Of a DNA stretch of 64,000 bases, positions 49,710 through 62,624 are shown one piece after another (the stretch's first letter is position 1; the number at the start of each line of letters is the position of its first letter). The position numbers and the translations under genes are program-made. Origin of the DNA: Chiloscyllium plagiosum (taxonomy: Eukaryota); the NCBI RefSeq assembly GCF_004010195.1, contig NC_057754.1, forward strand, positions 13,112,224-13,176,223, written 5' to 3'. Below the pieces are notes generated by a model. That model saw only the letters and a list, made by a program, of their open reading frames with translations. It was not told where the DNA came from and ran no database searches.

Positions 49710-51700
49710 ACTCGTGAAGCAACAGCCTGACATTGTCTTTAAGGTATGATCCTGTGATTATGACCATATCCCAGACACCCCATCAACTTCCCTGGATATC
49801 TCCTGTCTCACCAGTCGGACATATACAGCACAAGTGGTGGCACAGTTGGATACAGTTGAAAGGGAATTGCTCTGGGTGTCCTCAACAGTGTCTCTGTATC
49901 CCATAAACCCTCATGGCGTTAGTTTACACATGGGAAAGGAAACCTCCGGATTACCATGTAGCAGCCTCTCCCAAGTGATGAGTCAGTACTCTTCCATGCT
50001 GACCAACACTTGGAGGAAGCACTGAGGGCGGCAAAGGCGCAAAATGTACTCTGGGTGGGGATTCCAAAGTCCACAAAAAGAGTGGCTCGGCAGCAGCATT
50101 ACTGATTGAGCTAGTCGGGTCGTAAAGGATATAACTTGTCGACTCGATCTGCAGCAGGTGGTGAAGGAAGCAACAAGAGTGAAAAGACACATTTGACCAT
50201 AGCCTTACTAACTTGCCAGTTGCAGAAGTATCTGTCCATAACAGTATCGGGCAAGAGTGACCACCACATAGTCATTGTGGAGATACAGTCACACCTTCAC
50301 ATTGAGAATAACCTCCATAATTTTAGGTGGAACTATCACCTTGCTAAATAGGACAGACTTCGAATAGATCTAGCAGCTCAAATCTGAATTTCCATTAGGT
50401 GTTGTGGGTCAGCAATAGCAGCAGAATTGTACTCCAGCACAACCTCATGGCCTGGCATATCCCCCTCACAACAATTACCATCAAGCCAGAGGATCACCCT
50501 TGGTTCAATGGAGTGTACAGGTGGGCAGGAGCAGCATCAGGCATACCTGAAAATGAGGTGTCAGCCTAATGAAGCCATCAAATATGACTTCTTGTGCACC
50601 AAACGGCACAACCAGTAAGTCATAGACAGAGCTAAGTGATCCAACAAGCAACGGATCAGATCTAAGTTCTGCAGTTCTCTACTTCTAGTTGAGAATAGTT
50701 ATGGACAATTAAACAAGTCATGGGAGGAGGACATTCCACAAGTATCCCCATCCTTAATTATGGAAGAGCCCAGCACTTCAGTGCAAATGGTAACGTTCAT
50801 GCATTCGCAATAATTTTCAGTCAGAAGTGCTGAGTGGATGATGCACCTCAGCCTCCTCCAGTCGTCCTCAGCAATTTAGTTACCAGTCATCAGCCAATTT
50901 GATTCACTCCACGCGATATCCATATTCAGTTGGAGACACTGGATACCCTAGAGGGTACATACCCTGACAACATTCTGGCAATAGTACTGAAAAGTTGTTC
51001 TGCAGACCTTGTCACTGCCCTAGCTAAGCTGTTCCAATACCGCTAAAACAACGACATTTCCCCCATTACGTGGAAAATTACGCAAGTATATCCTATACAT
51101 AAAAAGTAGAACAAGTCCAATCCGTCCAATTACCACCCCATCAGTCAATTCTCGATCATCAGTAAAGTGATGGAAGGTGTCAGTGTTTTCAAGCAGCACC
51201 TGCTCAGAAATAACCTGGTCATAGACGCCTAGTTTGGGGTCCACCAGGGTCACTCAGCTCCTGATCTCATTACCTTGGTTCAAACATGGACAAAAGAGCT
51301 GAATTCCAGAGGTGGGGTGAGAGTGACAGCCCTTTAAAACAAAGCTGCCTTCGACCAAGTGTGGCATCAAGGGACCTTAGCAACATTGGAATCAATGGGT
51401 ATCGGGGCAAGCACCCCGCTTGTTAGAATCATACCTGATACGTAGGAAGATTGTCATTGTTGATAAAAGTCAGTCAACTCAGCTCCAGGACAAATCTGTA
51501 GGAATCCCTCGGGCAATGGCATAGGCCCAAACATCTTCAGTGCTGCTTGATCAATGACCTTGCGTCTATTATAATGTCAGAAGTGGGAATGTTCAGCAAT
51601 GATTGCACAATGTTCAGCAACATTTGTGGCTCCTCAGATACTGAAGCAGTCCATGTCCAAATGCGACAAGATCTGGACAGTATCCAGGCTGACAGGTGGT
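49710..51700 (+). mobile_element. L2/CR1-group LINE (second family), decayed EN plus RT
   Basis: KQQPDIV, GKSDHHIV, PDNILAIVLK, NYHPISQFSIISKVME, KAAFDQVWHQG and MFSND motifs. Confidence 0.85.
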
Positions 51701-52434
51701 AAGCAATATTCAGGCCACACACGGATTACGGTGCTCGGGTCCCAGCTGTTCACAATACCCATTAAACATTTGGTTGTGGGAATAAAATACAATATATCCC
51801 AACCTGCTGACAGCACTAAAGGATGTTGGATTGTGAGTGGGTGAGGAGGTTGTAAAAAAAAGCTTCTAGCTGACTAAGACAAATGGAGTGAATGGGCAAA
51901 TACGTGGCAGACGCAGAGCAAGGTGGGTAGAGGTGACGGTGTGCCCTTTGGTGGGAACAAGAGATTGATAGCCTATAGTTTGAAAGAGGATTGTTCGAAA
52001 CATGTTGATCTCCAAAGGGATGTATGCTCCTTTTTGTTGTTTCTTTCTGCGCAGCCCTCCGAGGTCCATGCAGCGCAGTGAGGCCTGAACCCAGAAGTAA
52101 GTACTGGGAATGGCATTCACACGCTGCCCAGTGTACATAGACCCACCAAGTGGGGAGCTGTAATATTGCAAAGTATCTGGATCTCCCTGTACACCAGTCA
52201 CTGAAAGCACTATTGCAGGAACAGAAAACAATTAGGAAGATAAATGGTATGCTGACCGTCATTTCAGGGTGATTTGAATCCAGGAGTAAGGGTGTCTTAC
52301 TGTAGCTGGGCGTTGGTGAGGACCCATCTCGAACATTGTGCAACATTGTGTGCAGTTTTGCTCTCCATACCTAATAAACATCAACTAAAATTGAGGGGAG
52401 CAGTGAAGGATGACCAAACTGATCTCTGTGATTA

Positions 52435-53376
52435 AAAGCAAATTACTGTGGATGCTGGAATCTGAAAGCAAAACAGTGAAAATGTGGTAAATCTCAGCAT
52501 GTCTGGCAGCATCTGTCGGAGGAGTTGTAGATAGTGAGGAAGGATATGGCAGGTTACAGCGGGATATAGATAAGCTGCAGAGCTGGGCAGAAAGGTGGCA
52601 AATGGAGTTCAATGTAGCTAAGTGTGAGTTGATTCACTTTGGTAAGAGTAATAAAAAGATGGGGTACTGGGCTAATGGTCGGATACTTGGTTGTGTGGAT
52701 GAGCAGACGGATCTTGGTGTCCATGTACACAGATCTTTGAAAGTTGCCACCCAGGTAAATAGTGCTGAAGAAGGCATATGGTGTACTGGCTTTTATTGGT
52801 AGAGGAATTGAGTTCCGGAGTACTGAGGTCATGTTGCAGTTGTATAAGACTCTGGTGCGGCCGCATCTACTTGATAGAGGTGTATAAGATGATTAGGGGT
52901 TTAGATAGGGTCGACAGTGAGAATCTTTTTCCACGTATGGAGTCAGCTATTACGAGGGGGCATAGCTTTAAATTAAGGGGTGGTAGGTATAGGACAGATG
53001 TTAGGGGTAGATTCTTTACTCAGCGAGTCGTGAGTTCATGGAATGCCCTGCCAGTAGCAGTGGTGGATTCTCCGTCATTATGGGCATTTAAGCGGGCATT
53101 GGATAGGCATATGGATGATAGTGGGCTAGTGTAGGTTAGGTGGGCTTGGATCGGCGCAACATCGAGGACCGAAGTGCCTGTACTGCGCTGTTTTCTTCTA
53201 TGTTCTATGTTCTATGTTCTATCTGTAGGGAGAGAAAAAAGCTGACGTTTCGAGTCCAACTGACCCATTGCCAAAGCCTCTGACAAAGGGTCAGTTAGAC
53301 TCGAAATGTCATCTCTTTTCTCTCATTACAGATGCTGCCAGACTTGCTGAGATTTTCCAGCATTTTCTGTTTTTGG
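52435..53376. mobile_element. Fold-back non-autonomous Penelope-type element with 12-bp TSD, split by a CR1
   Basis: The arms 52435-52516 + 53227-53276 and 53277-53376 are inverted copies. TSD TCTCTG(T/G)GATTA at 52423 and 53377. Confidence 0.8.
52517..53220 (+). mobile_element. Young 5'-truncated CR1 with TSD ATCTGT
   Basis: GGVVDSEEG...RFFTQRVV...HMDDSGLV*, with an internal deletion after VRPH and a (TTCTATG)n tail. ATCTGT at 52511 and 53221. Confidence 0.92.
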
Positions 53377-56300
53377 TCTCTGGGATTACAGGCTTGTTGT
53401 GGGAGCAGAGTTTGGGGCGACTGGGCCTGTATTCCATGAAGTTTAGGAAAATGAGTGGAGATCGCAGTGAGATATATAAAACTCTGTCGGTGAGACAGAT
53501 TGGAAGCAGGGATGATAATTCCCCAGGCTGTGGTGTATAAAACAAGGGGCCACAGTATTACGTACAGACAGGCCATTCTGCATGAGATGAGAATGAATGT
53601 CTACACTCAGAGAATGGTGAACCTGGGGAATGCGCTCGAATCTGGAAGCCAAGACACTGAATATAAATAAGGATTTAAAGACAGTAAAGGGATGAGGGGA
53701 GAGCAGGAGTATGGTGTGGAAATAAAGGTCCAGCCATCATTATATTGAATTGGGTAGCAAACTCAACAGACCAAAGGGACTACTGCAATTCCTATTTTAT
53801 AGCTTCCCAAGGTTAATCACATTAACAGATATATTCATTGTGTGGGATAAGTATATTGTGGAGATGTTTGAACATGAACGAAAATGAGGAAGGGTCAATG
53901 TGTTGAATGGCCTACTCCTTTCCCAATGTTTCTGTGCAGTCTGTAAATGTCACAAGCTCTCGGATGTTAGGAAGGATGTCTCTGCAGGGTCAACAGGACT
54001 GTGTTTTCTCTTTCCCTTTTCCGATAACGAGACTGGTGCTGGGTGTTCTGTTCAGGTTTATCCTTTAAGAACTTAAAGTAGTTTGAGACAATAGAGTATC
54101 TTGCCTGGCCGATTCAGGGACCATTGAGGAGTTTATCACATGTCTGTGTGTCTGGAGTCACTTTTAGGCCATACGAGGAAAGCACGGGAGATTTACTTCC
54201 TGAAAACACATTGGGAAAGCAAATTGGTGTTTACAATCGACATTCACTTCAAGGTCACTGTTACTGACACCAGATTTTGCATCTTAATATTTTATGAATT
54301 GTTTTTAACTTCCACCCGCTGCCAGGGCATTACCCTGGTTTGGATTAGTAATCCAGTGACATTTCCACCAGAGCACCATCTCCACATGGGGACCTAATGA
54401 GCAGGTTATTTCTGTGCTGCCTGACAGCTCTGTCAAAAAGAACTCCCACCAATTTGACTATCGTGATGGGACTGAGGATGTGGTAATTGGTCAAATTGCA
54501 ATTACTCCTCTCTTAGAGAACTGGGTATAGCTGAGTTCATTTCCACATTGCCAGGGAAATGTCAGAGTTGGAGATGGAATGAAATAGCTTCCCCAGGGAC
54601 ACGACTTGTTGTGCAGCACAAGGCTTCAGTCCTATTGCAGGAATGGGGTCAGGGACCATTGCCTTTGTCGTACCTTTTGTGTTCAGCTGTTTCTTCATGT
54701 CACGGGCAGAAAATTGAATTGGTTGAAGACTGGAATCTGTGATTCTGTGGGTATCATGGTGAGAGTGATGTGCTTCATCAACTCCACACTTCTGGCTGAG
54801 AATGGTGCAGATATTACATCCTTGTGTTTTGCACTGGTGTACAGGGCAGTTCTGTTATGTAGTAAGGGGATATTTATGGAATCCTGTCCTCCAGTCATTT
54901 GTTTAATTGTCCATAACCATTTATGACTGAATGTAGCAGGACTGCAGAGCTTCGATCAAATCTGTTTGTCAAGTCCGGTCGCTTTAATGTGTTAGCATCA
55001 GGTTTAGGTCCACATGGTCTGACCCTGACATGTTCACCCACAGTCATTACTGAGCCATAGATCATGGTGATGGTGATAATAGACTGAGGAGATTATCCCT
55101 GGGCAAACATATTACAGGTTGTGGTTGAATGCTATTCTGCTTCTCCTGCTGCTGTGGTCTATAGTGAATACGCAGTTTTGAGCTGCAATATCTGCAATGC
55201 AATTCTGCTGTCTGTCCCTTAATTCACATCGAGACCCATTCATCCATCAGCCCTGCACTCAGTGACCTACTCTGGTTTCTGATTTTCATAGTCTCATTCT
55301 GCTGAGGATCTCTCCTCAGGTCAAGTTTCCAATCTGACAGATTCTGCAAAACCAATTAACTGATTTTAATTCAATTGTTTAATTCATCTAAATCTCTATT
55401 TCCTTGAGTAATACCATCTTCTGTATTTAAAGTGAACGTGTTTCCCTCTGTTTCTCTCCATGACCATGATTAAGAGCTCTGCAGTGTCAGTGATACTCGC
55501 CTTATGTAGTTTCAGAGCCAATGAATTTTCTGAATTCCCAATCATCTTCACTAGATTGTATGTTTCATGTATTGGTTTGATGCCTTGTCACTCATGGCTG
55601 TCTTGTCCTCCTATGAGTATGTTTCATCTCCTTTGGGACGAATTTCTGATATCCGTCGAAATATCCACAGAAATTCCTGCCTTTGCTGCTCCATGGTCTG
55701 CCCTGCTCGACTCCACTTCCAATTAACTCTGATCAGTTCCAGCCGCATGACTTTGTACTTATGTTACTGACTTATAATCTTATTAATTCGAGAAGAGAGC
55801 AATAGGTATAAACCGAAAGAAGGCGTTTTGAGAGAAGGGACGCGAACAATAATTGGAAAATTTCTTAACTAGATATAAAGAGAGAATGGGATGAGAGGAT
55901 ATAGATGAGAAAATGTGAAAAATGAGAAAACTTGATTATTGAAAGAAGTAGATGTACATCCCTCAATGCTTTGGCAATGCCTATCTGCTGTGATCCTTTG
56001 TACAGTACATGTACATCAGAGCAATGTGTTCAAATGCTGGGTCTGATGCCATAATTTTTATCTCCAATAATATGACAGACACTAGTTTTGGGAAGAACCC
56101 AGCAGGCCAATGTATTGAAGTTCTGGTAGAAAAGGGATTAACTGAAATAAGTTGGACAACAGAATGAAGAATTTCTAACACACTTCCCGATAAGAATGAA
56201 AGATTAGAGTCTAGAATTCTAGAAAAGGAGGGAACATTGAGAGAAGGGGAACATATCACTTTCGATGAGCATCAAATAATGTTTTAAAAATTTTATACAT

Positions 56301-56451
56301 CATGTGCTTTATTTTTCGATAACTGCGTCTCCATTGTTCATTTAGACTGTTGTGCACATATGAAAAATGTTTCTTATCTGCACACACACATTGATTAAAC
56401 AGTGTATAAAAATCATTTTTCCACCATTGGAATGGTCCTGTTGTCGTGTTA

Positions 56452-56835
56452 TGAGGATACATGAACACCAACTGGCCACCAAAAGACACTACCCATTATC
56501 ACAATGTTCCATGCGTACAGACAAAGAAGGGCACCACTTTGATTGGGACCACACACACACATACGAAGACACTCAAGGACGTTCTTAGAGGAATGGCATT
56601 CTAACCAGAAGTCCATCAATAAACGCATTAATGTAGATCCTACCTACCTTTTCTTGTAACAAAAAGAACTGGAAATGACATCACCCACCTTAAGAAACCA
56701 AGATCTATAAATATAGAGGCGGGACATACCACCAGAGCTTCAGCAGAGACTCTCACTGATGATATCACCTAGTCATAGTGACGAAAAGTCTGAAAACAAA
56801 CCTTCAAGCTCAGCGGGCTAACTTGCTTACATATA
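56452..56835 (+). mobile_element. Penelope-like 3' fragment
   Basis: RIHEHQLATKRH...HHFDWD...FLEEWHS..SINK, related to 24369-24600. Confidence 0.85.
56753..56793 (+). ncRNA. Minimal hammerhead ribozyme motif
   Basis: TCA-CTGATGA-T-ATCACCTA-GTCA-TAGTGAC-GAAA-AGTC-TGA. Helix I is TCA/TGA; stem II is TCAC/GTGA plus CTA/TAG. Confidence 0.65.
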
Positions 56836-56849
56836 AATTTATATTTTTC

Positions 56850-59800
56850 GTTTATTACTGTGATTTGCAAGTTCTCTGTCACTCATTTTAACAGACTATG
56901 ATGTGAGGTGAGATTTTCTGGGTGTGTGGTTTTAATAAACAGAAGGGCTCGACATTGGTGTCATAACAGTTTGGAGCCTTGCCGTATGGGATTTGAACAG
57001 ATTTGGGGTACAAAAGGACCCAGCAGATTCCAACACGTGGCAATTAGTGACCGAGATCTTCCAATAAAACCAGTGGGAAAATTCATTTAATTTTGTTTAC
57101 TTGTGGTTGGTTAAATTACAAGTGAGAGAAATGGTTTTTAACATTACTAAAGAGGTTCCCAAATTTGCCAAGAAGATTAAAAATGCAGAAGGACTTATTT
57201 TTAGAATTCGCAAAAAGGTTGGAATTGGGTTTAAGCAGGGACAAAAGAAAAGTTGAAATTGAGATGGCGTTGGTCAAGAACTTGGATGTGTCAGAGAAAC
57301 AGGTAACTGCAGTAGAGTTAGAAAAAACTTAAAGTGCATACGTGGTAACTGGAGTTAGAAGATGATAAAAGGTACGGAAACAGAGAGAGAAGAAAGAGAA
57401 AGGGAAAGATAGGAAAAAGGAGAGAGAATTTGTAATTCAGAAGTTGGGAATTAGAAAAGAAAGTTAAATTAACAGGATGGAGATGAAGGGAGAACGTAGG
57501 GACGTATACAGCTATGTTAATACATTGCCATATTTCGGTGAGAAAAATGTGAAAATCTGTTTTTATTTCATTTGAAAAAAATGGCTCGGAAGATGTTATG
57601 TCCAGTGAACTTGTAGGTAATGCTAGTTCAGACTAAGCTGGTAGGCACAGCTAGTGAGGTATGTGCAGCGCTGTCAGATGAGGGATCAAGCGATTACGCA
57701 GATGTCAAACTGGCTACTTTGAGTGTTTATGCATTGGTACTGGAAGAATATATACAAAGGTTAGGAAATATAGAGACGGATCCAAGTCAGACTTATGTTG
57801 CATTATAAGAATTAAACACAGACATTTTGATTGATGTGTGCTGACCTGAAAATTGGCTGAGACCTGTGAGACTCGATGGGAGATTATTCTGCTGGAGTAG
57901 TTTAAAGACTCACTTCCAGAGATGGTGAGAATTCATGTGAATGAACAGAAATTTCAACAAGTGAGAAGCGCGTCAGAAATGGCAGGTAAATACGCATTGG
58001 TGCATGAGATGAAATTTAGCTTCTGGGAGGGTTTTCATCCTGTGAGGGATAAAAATTGGGGAAAGAGGCGATCCTGCACTACAAAGCGAACAATAGAACA
58101 CACTGGCAAACGTTTACCACAGGTGAAAAAATAAGCCCAAGGGGGTTGAAAGGTGATGAAAGGCCTCAGGTGTTCTCACTATAAGAGAGTGGAACACATA
58201 AAATTACAATGCCGCTGGTTTAAGAAGGGCACTGGGAAACAATGTTTTCACGGCTGTAAGCTGGGACACACTGTGCTGGGCGTTGAAGGAAGACACCTTG
58301 GAAAAAGATGTGTAGAAGAGGCTAAGCCAATGACATTAGTGAAACAGGTAAAGGAGACCCCAAGTGGAGCCGAGGAGCTGCAGGAGAGTGCACTGCCTTG
58401 GCAATTGCTGGGTATGGAGGCAGTGCCTGATCTCTGAAAGAATTCGCCTGTGTGGATAAAATTTACTCAGAAAGAACGGGGGAGAAGGACAAGAAGTTAT
58501 GATTTTGTGAGATACGGGATCTGCTCAGTCTCCAAAAGTTGAGAAGTGGGGCACTGGAAAAGCACAACAGATCAGGCAGCATCCGAAGAGCAGGACAATC
58601 GACATATCAGGCATAAACCCATCGTCAGAAATGTAGTGGGGGGACAAGGGGGCTGAAAGATAAATCGGAGAGTAGGAGCTGGGCTGGCGGGAGGGTCACT
58701 GGGAGGGCGATAGGAAGATGTAGGTGGGAGTGATAGTGATATGTCGGAAGGGAGGGTGAACTGGATAGGTGGGAAGGAAGATGGACAATTAAGACAGTGC
58801 AAGAGGGCGGCACTAAATTCAACGGTTGGATCTGGGATGAGGCTGGGGGAGGAGAGATTTGGAAATTGGTGAAGTCGATTTTAATGCTGTATAGTTTGAG
58901 GGTTCCAGCTGTCCTACCACCGATCCACTTCACTCTCCTCTCCGACTTATCACCATCACACCCCACCTGCATCTACCTATCGCCTTCCAAGCTACCTCCC
59001 ACCCAGCTCCACCCCATCCTCCTATTTATTTCTCAGAACACTTCACCCTCCCTTACCCACTTTCCTGACAAATGACTTGTTCCTGAAATGTCGATTCTCC
59101 TGCCCCCTGGATGCTGCCGACCTGCTGTGTTTTTCCAGACATACACTTTCTAACTCTGTTCTCCAGCATCTGCAGTCCTCACTTTTTCTCGGTCTCTAAT
59201 AGTAAGAGATGGAAGTATTTTCACTCTTTCTAACATGTTACTCAAGAGCGTGATAATTTGTGGAATGGGGACAGAAATTAAGCATTCCCTTGTGTAATAT
59301 CAGGTTGGAGTACCAAATCAAGTTTGGGGAAGTAACAGTGAGAGTGAGTGACAGAGTGTCAATTCCAGGATTACAGTTTGTTCTTGGGAACGATTTAGCA
59401 GGATTCAAGGTGGGAGGAACACCCCTTGTGTTGGAGAAGTCAAAGGAAGACTAGGGAACTAGGGAGTTAAAAGAAAAATACCCAGGAAATTTTGCAGACT
59501 GTGTAGTAACAAGATCCCACTGGCATAAGTTACAGCAGGAAGAAAAAAACAAAAGAAAAAGCCAAAGGAGTTGATGTGCAGTTAACTGGCACCCTGTTTA
59601 ATATCACAGTGCAGGATCAACCTCAACGGGCAGGGGGTCAGGCAGAGGTGTTTAGTCCAGAAAGGCTAATGGTCTTACAACACACACATGCACACACACT
59701 GAAAAGAAATCAGAATATATTATCGAACGTTATTAATTTAAAGATAGAAACCTAAAATTAAAATGGAGATCACGACAGGTTAGTGCAGAAGGGAAATGGG

Positions 59801-62620
59801 CCGAAGTGCACCAGATTGTGTTACCGCTAGCATACAGTGTTACGGGTAGCACATGAACTAACTGCAGGCGGCCACCTCAGTGTATGGAAGACTCAGGCTA
59901 AGGTACAGAAGCATTTCAAATGGCCTGGAATGCACAAGGACGTGGTTAATTTTTGTGACATGCCAAATGGTAGGTAAGTCCCAGGCAGTAATAAAACCAG
60001 CATTTTTGTTGACAATTCTTGCATTCAAAGAACCTTTCACGTGGGTTATGATCAATTTTGGAGTTCCGCTTTCTAAAATAAAAGTAAAAACCAATATTTG
60101 ATAACCATAATGTATCTATCAGATTTCCAGAGGCAATTCCATTGCGGAGTGTTAAGGCAAAAAGGGAGGTGGAGGGATCGGTAGTTTTCTTTTCTCGCTG
60201 TTGCCTACCCAGAGGTTTTCCATCAGACCAAGGGTCTCATTTTTCTGCTCAGCTGTTTTAGGAAGTCATGGATAGCTTAGATATACAACACTGCAAATCA
60301 GCGGCGGCCCATCCTGAATCCCAGAGAGCCTTGGACAGTTAGCATCAGACACTGAAGACCGTGTTAACAGCGTACTGTCAGGATTGGCCAAATGATTGGG
60401 ATAAAGGTGTCACATTAAATTGTTTGCCATTAGAGATGACCCATATAAATCTACTCAGTTTACTTCCTTTGAGTTTATATTCATACATGAAGTGAGAGGA
60501 CCTTTGAAGTTAGTTAAATATAAACTGACAACCGAAGTCGGAGATCTTACAGTTGGATTATGTACGTGAGGTCAGGGAGAGATGAGATGGAGTAGGTAAG
60601 TTAGCTAAGCAGCACCGGAAGTAGGCACAGCATAGAGTGAAGCAGGTGACAGATAAAAACTCTGAAACTTTGATAATTTCCTGCCACCAGTGGTAGGAAA
60701 TTCCTTCAAAGCCAGGTTTAGCGGCCCCTTTCAAATTAAAACAAAATGTTGAATCAGTTAAACTATCTGGTAAAGATACCGGATATGAAAAAAGCGTTAT
60801 CTAGTATGTCACGTGAATGAATAATGCTCCAGACACATTAAAGACTCGGGTGCAGAGTTATGGACAGATTTACAAATTGTGCAGTTTATCTGTATGATGT
60901 AGTGATTTTTAACAAGTGATTAAAAGCTCACATGTTACAGTTGGCAGAGCATGTTGAACGATTACAAGAAGCAAACTTGGTAATAAACTTAAAGAAAACA
61001 GAATTAGCGAAGGCAGAAGTGACGTTCTTGGGACATTACATTGGACATTGAAGGTTGAACCCATGGAACACAAAGACGAAGGGCTTTGAGGAATTTCCAC
61101 GACCATGCTCGAAGAAAGAGGTGCTTCGATTTTTGGAACTGAATGGATTCTATCGGAAGTTTGTTGCAAACTTCAGCATCGTATTAGCACCACTGCTGGA
61201 TTTATTAAAGAAGAACATATAATTGTGGTGGACAGAACAATGCCAGGAGGCATTTGAGAATTTTAAAGCAGGATGAATCACCGCATCAGTTTTAGATACA
61301 CCGAATATTTTGAAACCCTTTAAAAATTGTGTTAGATGCTATGGATATAGGGGTTGGAGATGTATTGATACAGAAAGATGATGATGGAATTGAATGGCCA
61401 ATTGGCTACTTGTTGAAGAAACTCAATGTACACCAGAAAAATTACAAAATCTCCATTATTGAAAAGGAATGATTAAGTTTCTTACTGACCTGACTACATT
61501 TTAATGTTTATATGAAAAACAAAATGTCGGAGATGGTTGCAGACAACGACAAATCTCTGGTATATTTTGGAATATTTAAAGACCAGAATATGAGACTATT
61601 TCATTAAGGTCTTATGTTATAGACTTTAAACTTACAAACTGTACGTGCTGTGGGCGTTAAAATGTGATAACAGATATTTAATCGCGGCTTTAAAGGAAAA
61701 CGTTTCGATAAGATTTGACTTATTCCAGTGTTACATATGTGTGCAGAATTAATATAAATGGTATAGCTGAAATTAATACTTTTGTATTTCATAATAATGG
61801 GATTATGAATTAGAGGAAAAGGAATGATGACATCTTTTCATTCTGTTGGTTTATTTCCTTTTCTGAAAGGGGGACGTGTTATGAAGCCGAAAGCATGTCT
61901 GGTCACTTTAAGACAGAACGGGTATTGCTGAATAGAAAGTACAGCCGCAGATGCCAGCTAAAGGTCAGATTGTTTCATATGTCACCATTAGCTGGGAAAT
62001 GGATATCTGGGTTTTGATTGTTGTTTTGACAGCAATTCAAATGCAACCAAAAAGTTTAAATAATGCTCAGAAAACCAGAAGCCAACGGGATTTGAACATT
62101 ATTGTTTGGAAAGCAATCAATTTATGAGAAATACTGTATCATGGGGAGTCTATAAACCCAGCATTTTGAACACTAGAGGGAGAGCCACTGCCATCCAACA
62201 ACAGAGTAACTGCTGTACAGCAGGAGTGCTAACTGGCAATCTCCAACACTCTCTATCAAAGGTACATGTGCATATCAAACCTACTTGCAGTAGAAAACAA
62301 ACATGACCCAGCGAGATCAGCAGCTGGAAGAGTGAACACAGCGGGGAAGATGGAGACTATGTGGTCTTGAGATTGTAATGTTTAATATGTGGGTTGTTGG
62401 TACAGCATATTTTTTACAGAGTTGGAGTGAGATAGTAAATAGTTAAGAAAAGATGAGCTTGTATTTGTGAATAGTTGTTGTTTAGTGTTCACTATTAAAG
62501 TTAAGAAACTAACTTGTTAATTTTTGTTTAAATAGTGGAGTGTAGGAGATCTGTGTCACTCATATTTTAACAGACTATCCGGTGAATCGAGCTTTTCTGG
62601 ATGTTTGGTTTTAATTAACC
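56850..62620 (+). mobile_element. Decayed Gmr1-like Ty3/gypsy LTR retrotransposon (gag-PR-IN-RT-RH)
   Basis: Partial 5' LTR ending ATAACA (56968) with a degenerate Pro-type PBS. PR DTGSAQS at ~58510, IN HHCC and core (RFPEAIPL, SDQGSHF, HPESQ) at 59840-60420, RT (AVYLYDVVIF) and RH at 60815-61680. PPT GAAAGGGGGA, then 3' LTR from TGTTATGAA at 61877. Confidence 0.9.
58534..59190. mobile_element. Fold-back Penelope-type element inserted in the gypsy protease
   Basis: Left half (58534-58905) is a reversed terminus and right half (58905-59190) a forward terminus. Degenerate hammerheads at ~58597-58632 (-) and ~59062-59097 (+). Possible GTCTC TSD. Confidence 0.8.
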
Positions 62621-62624
62621 TTGT

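Larger units (their letters stand above)
51720..53790 (+). mobile_element. Old CR1 3' half hosting nested insertions
   Basis: Colinear with 28290-29120 apart from the insertion at 52435-53376. Confidence 0.8.
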
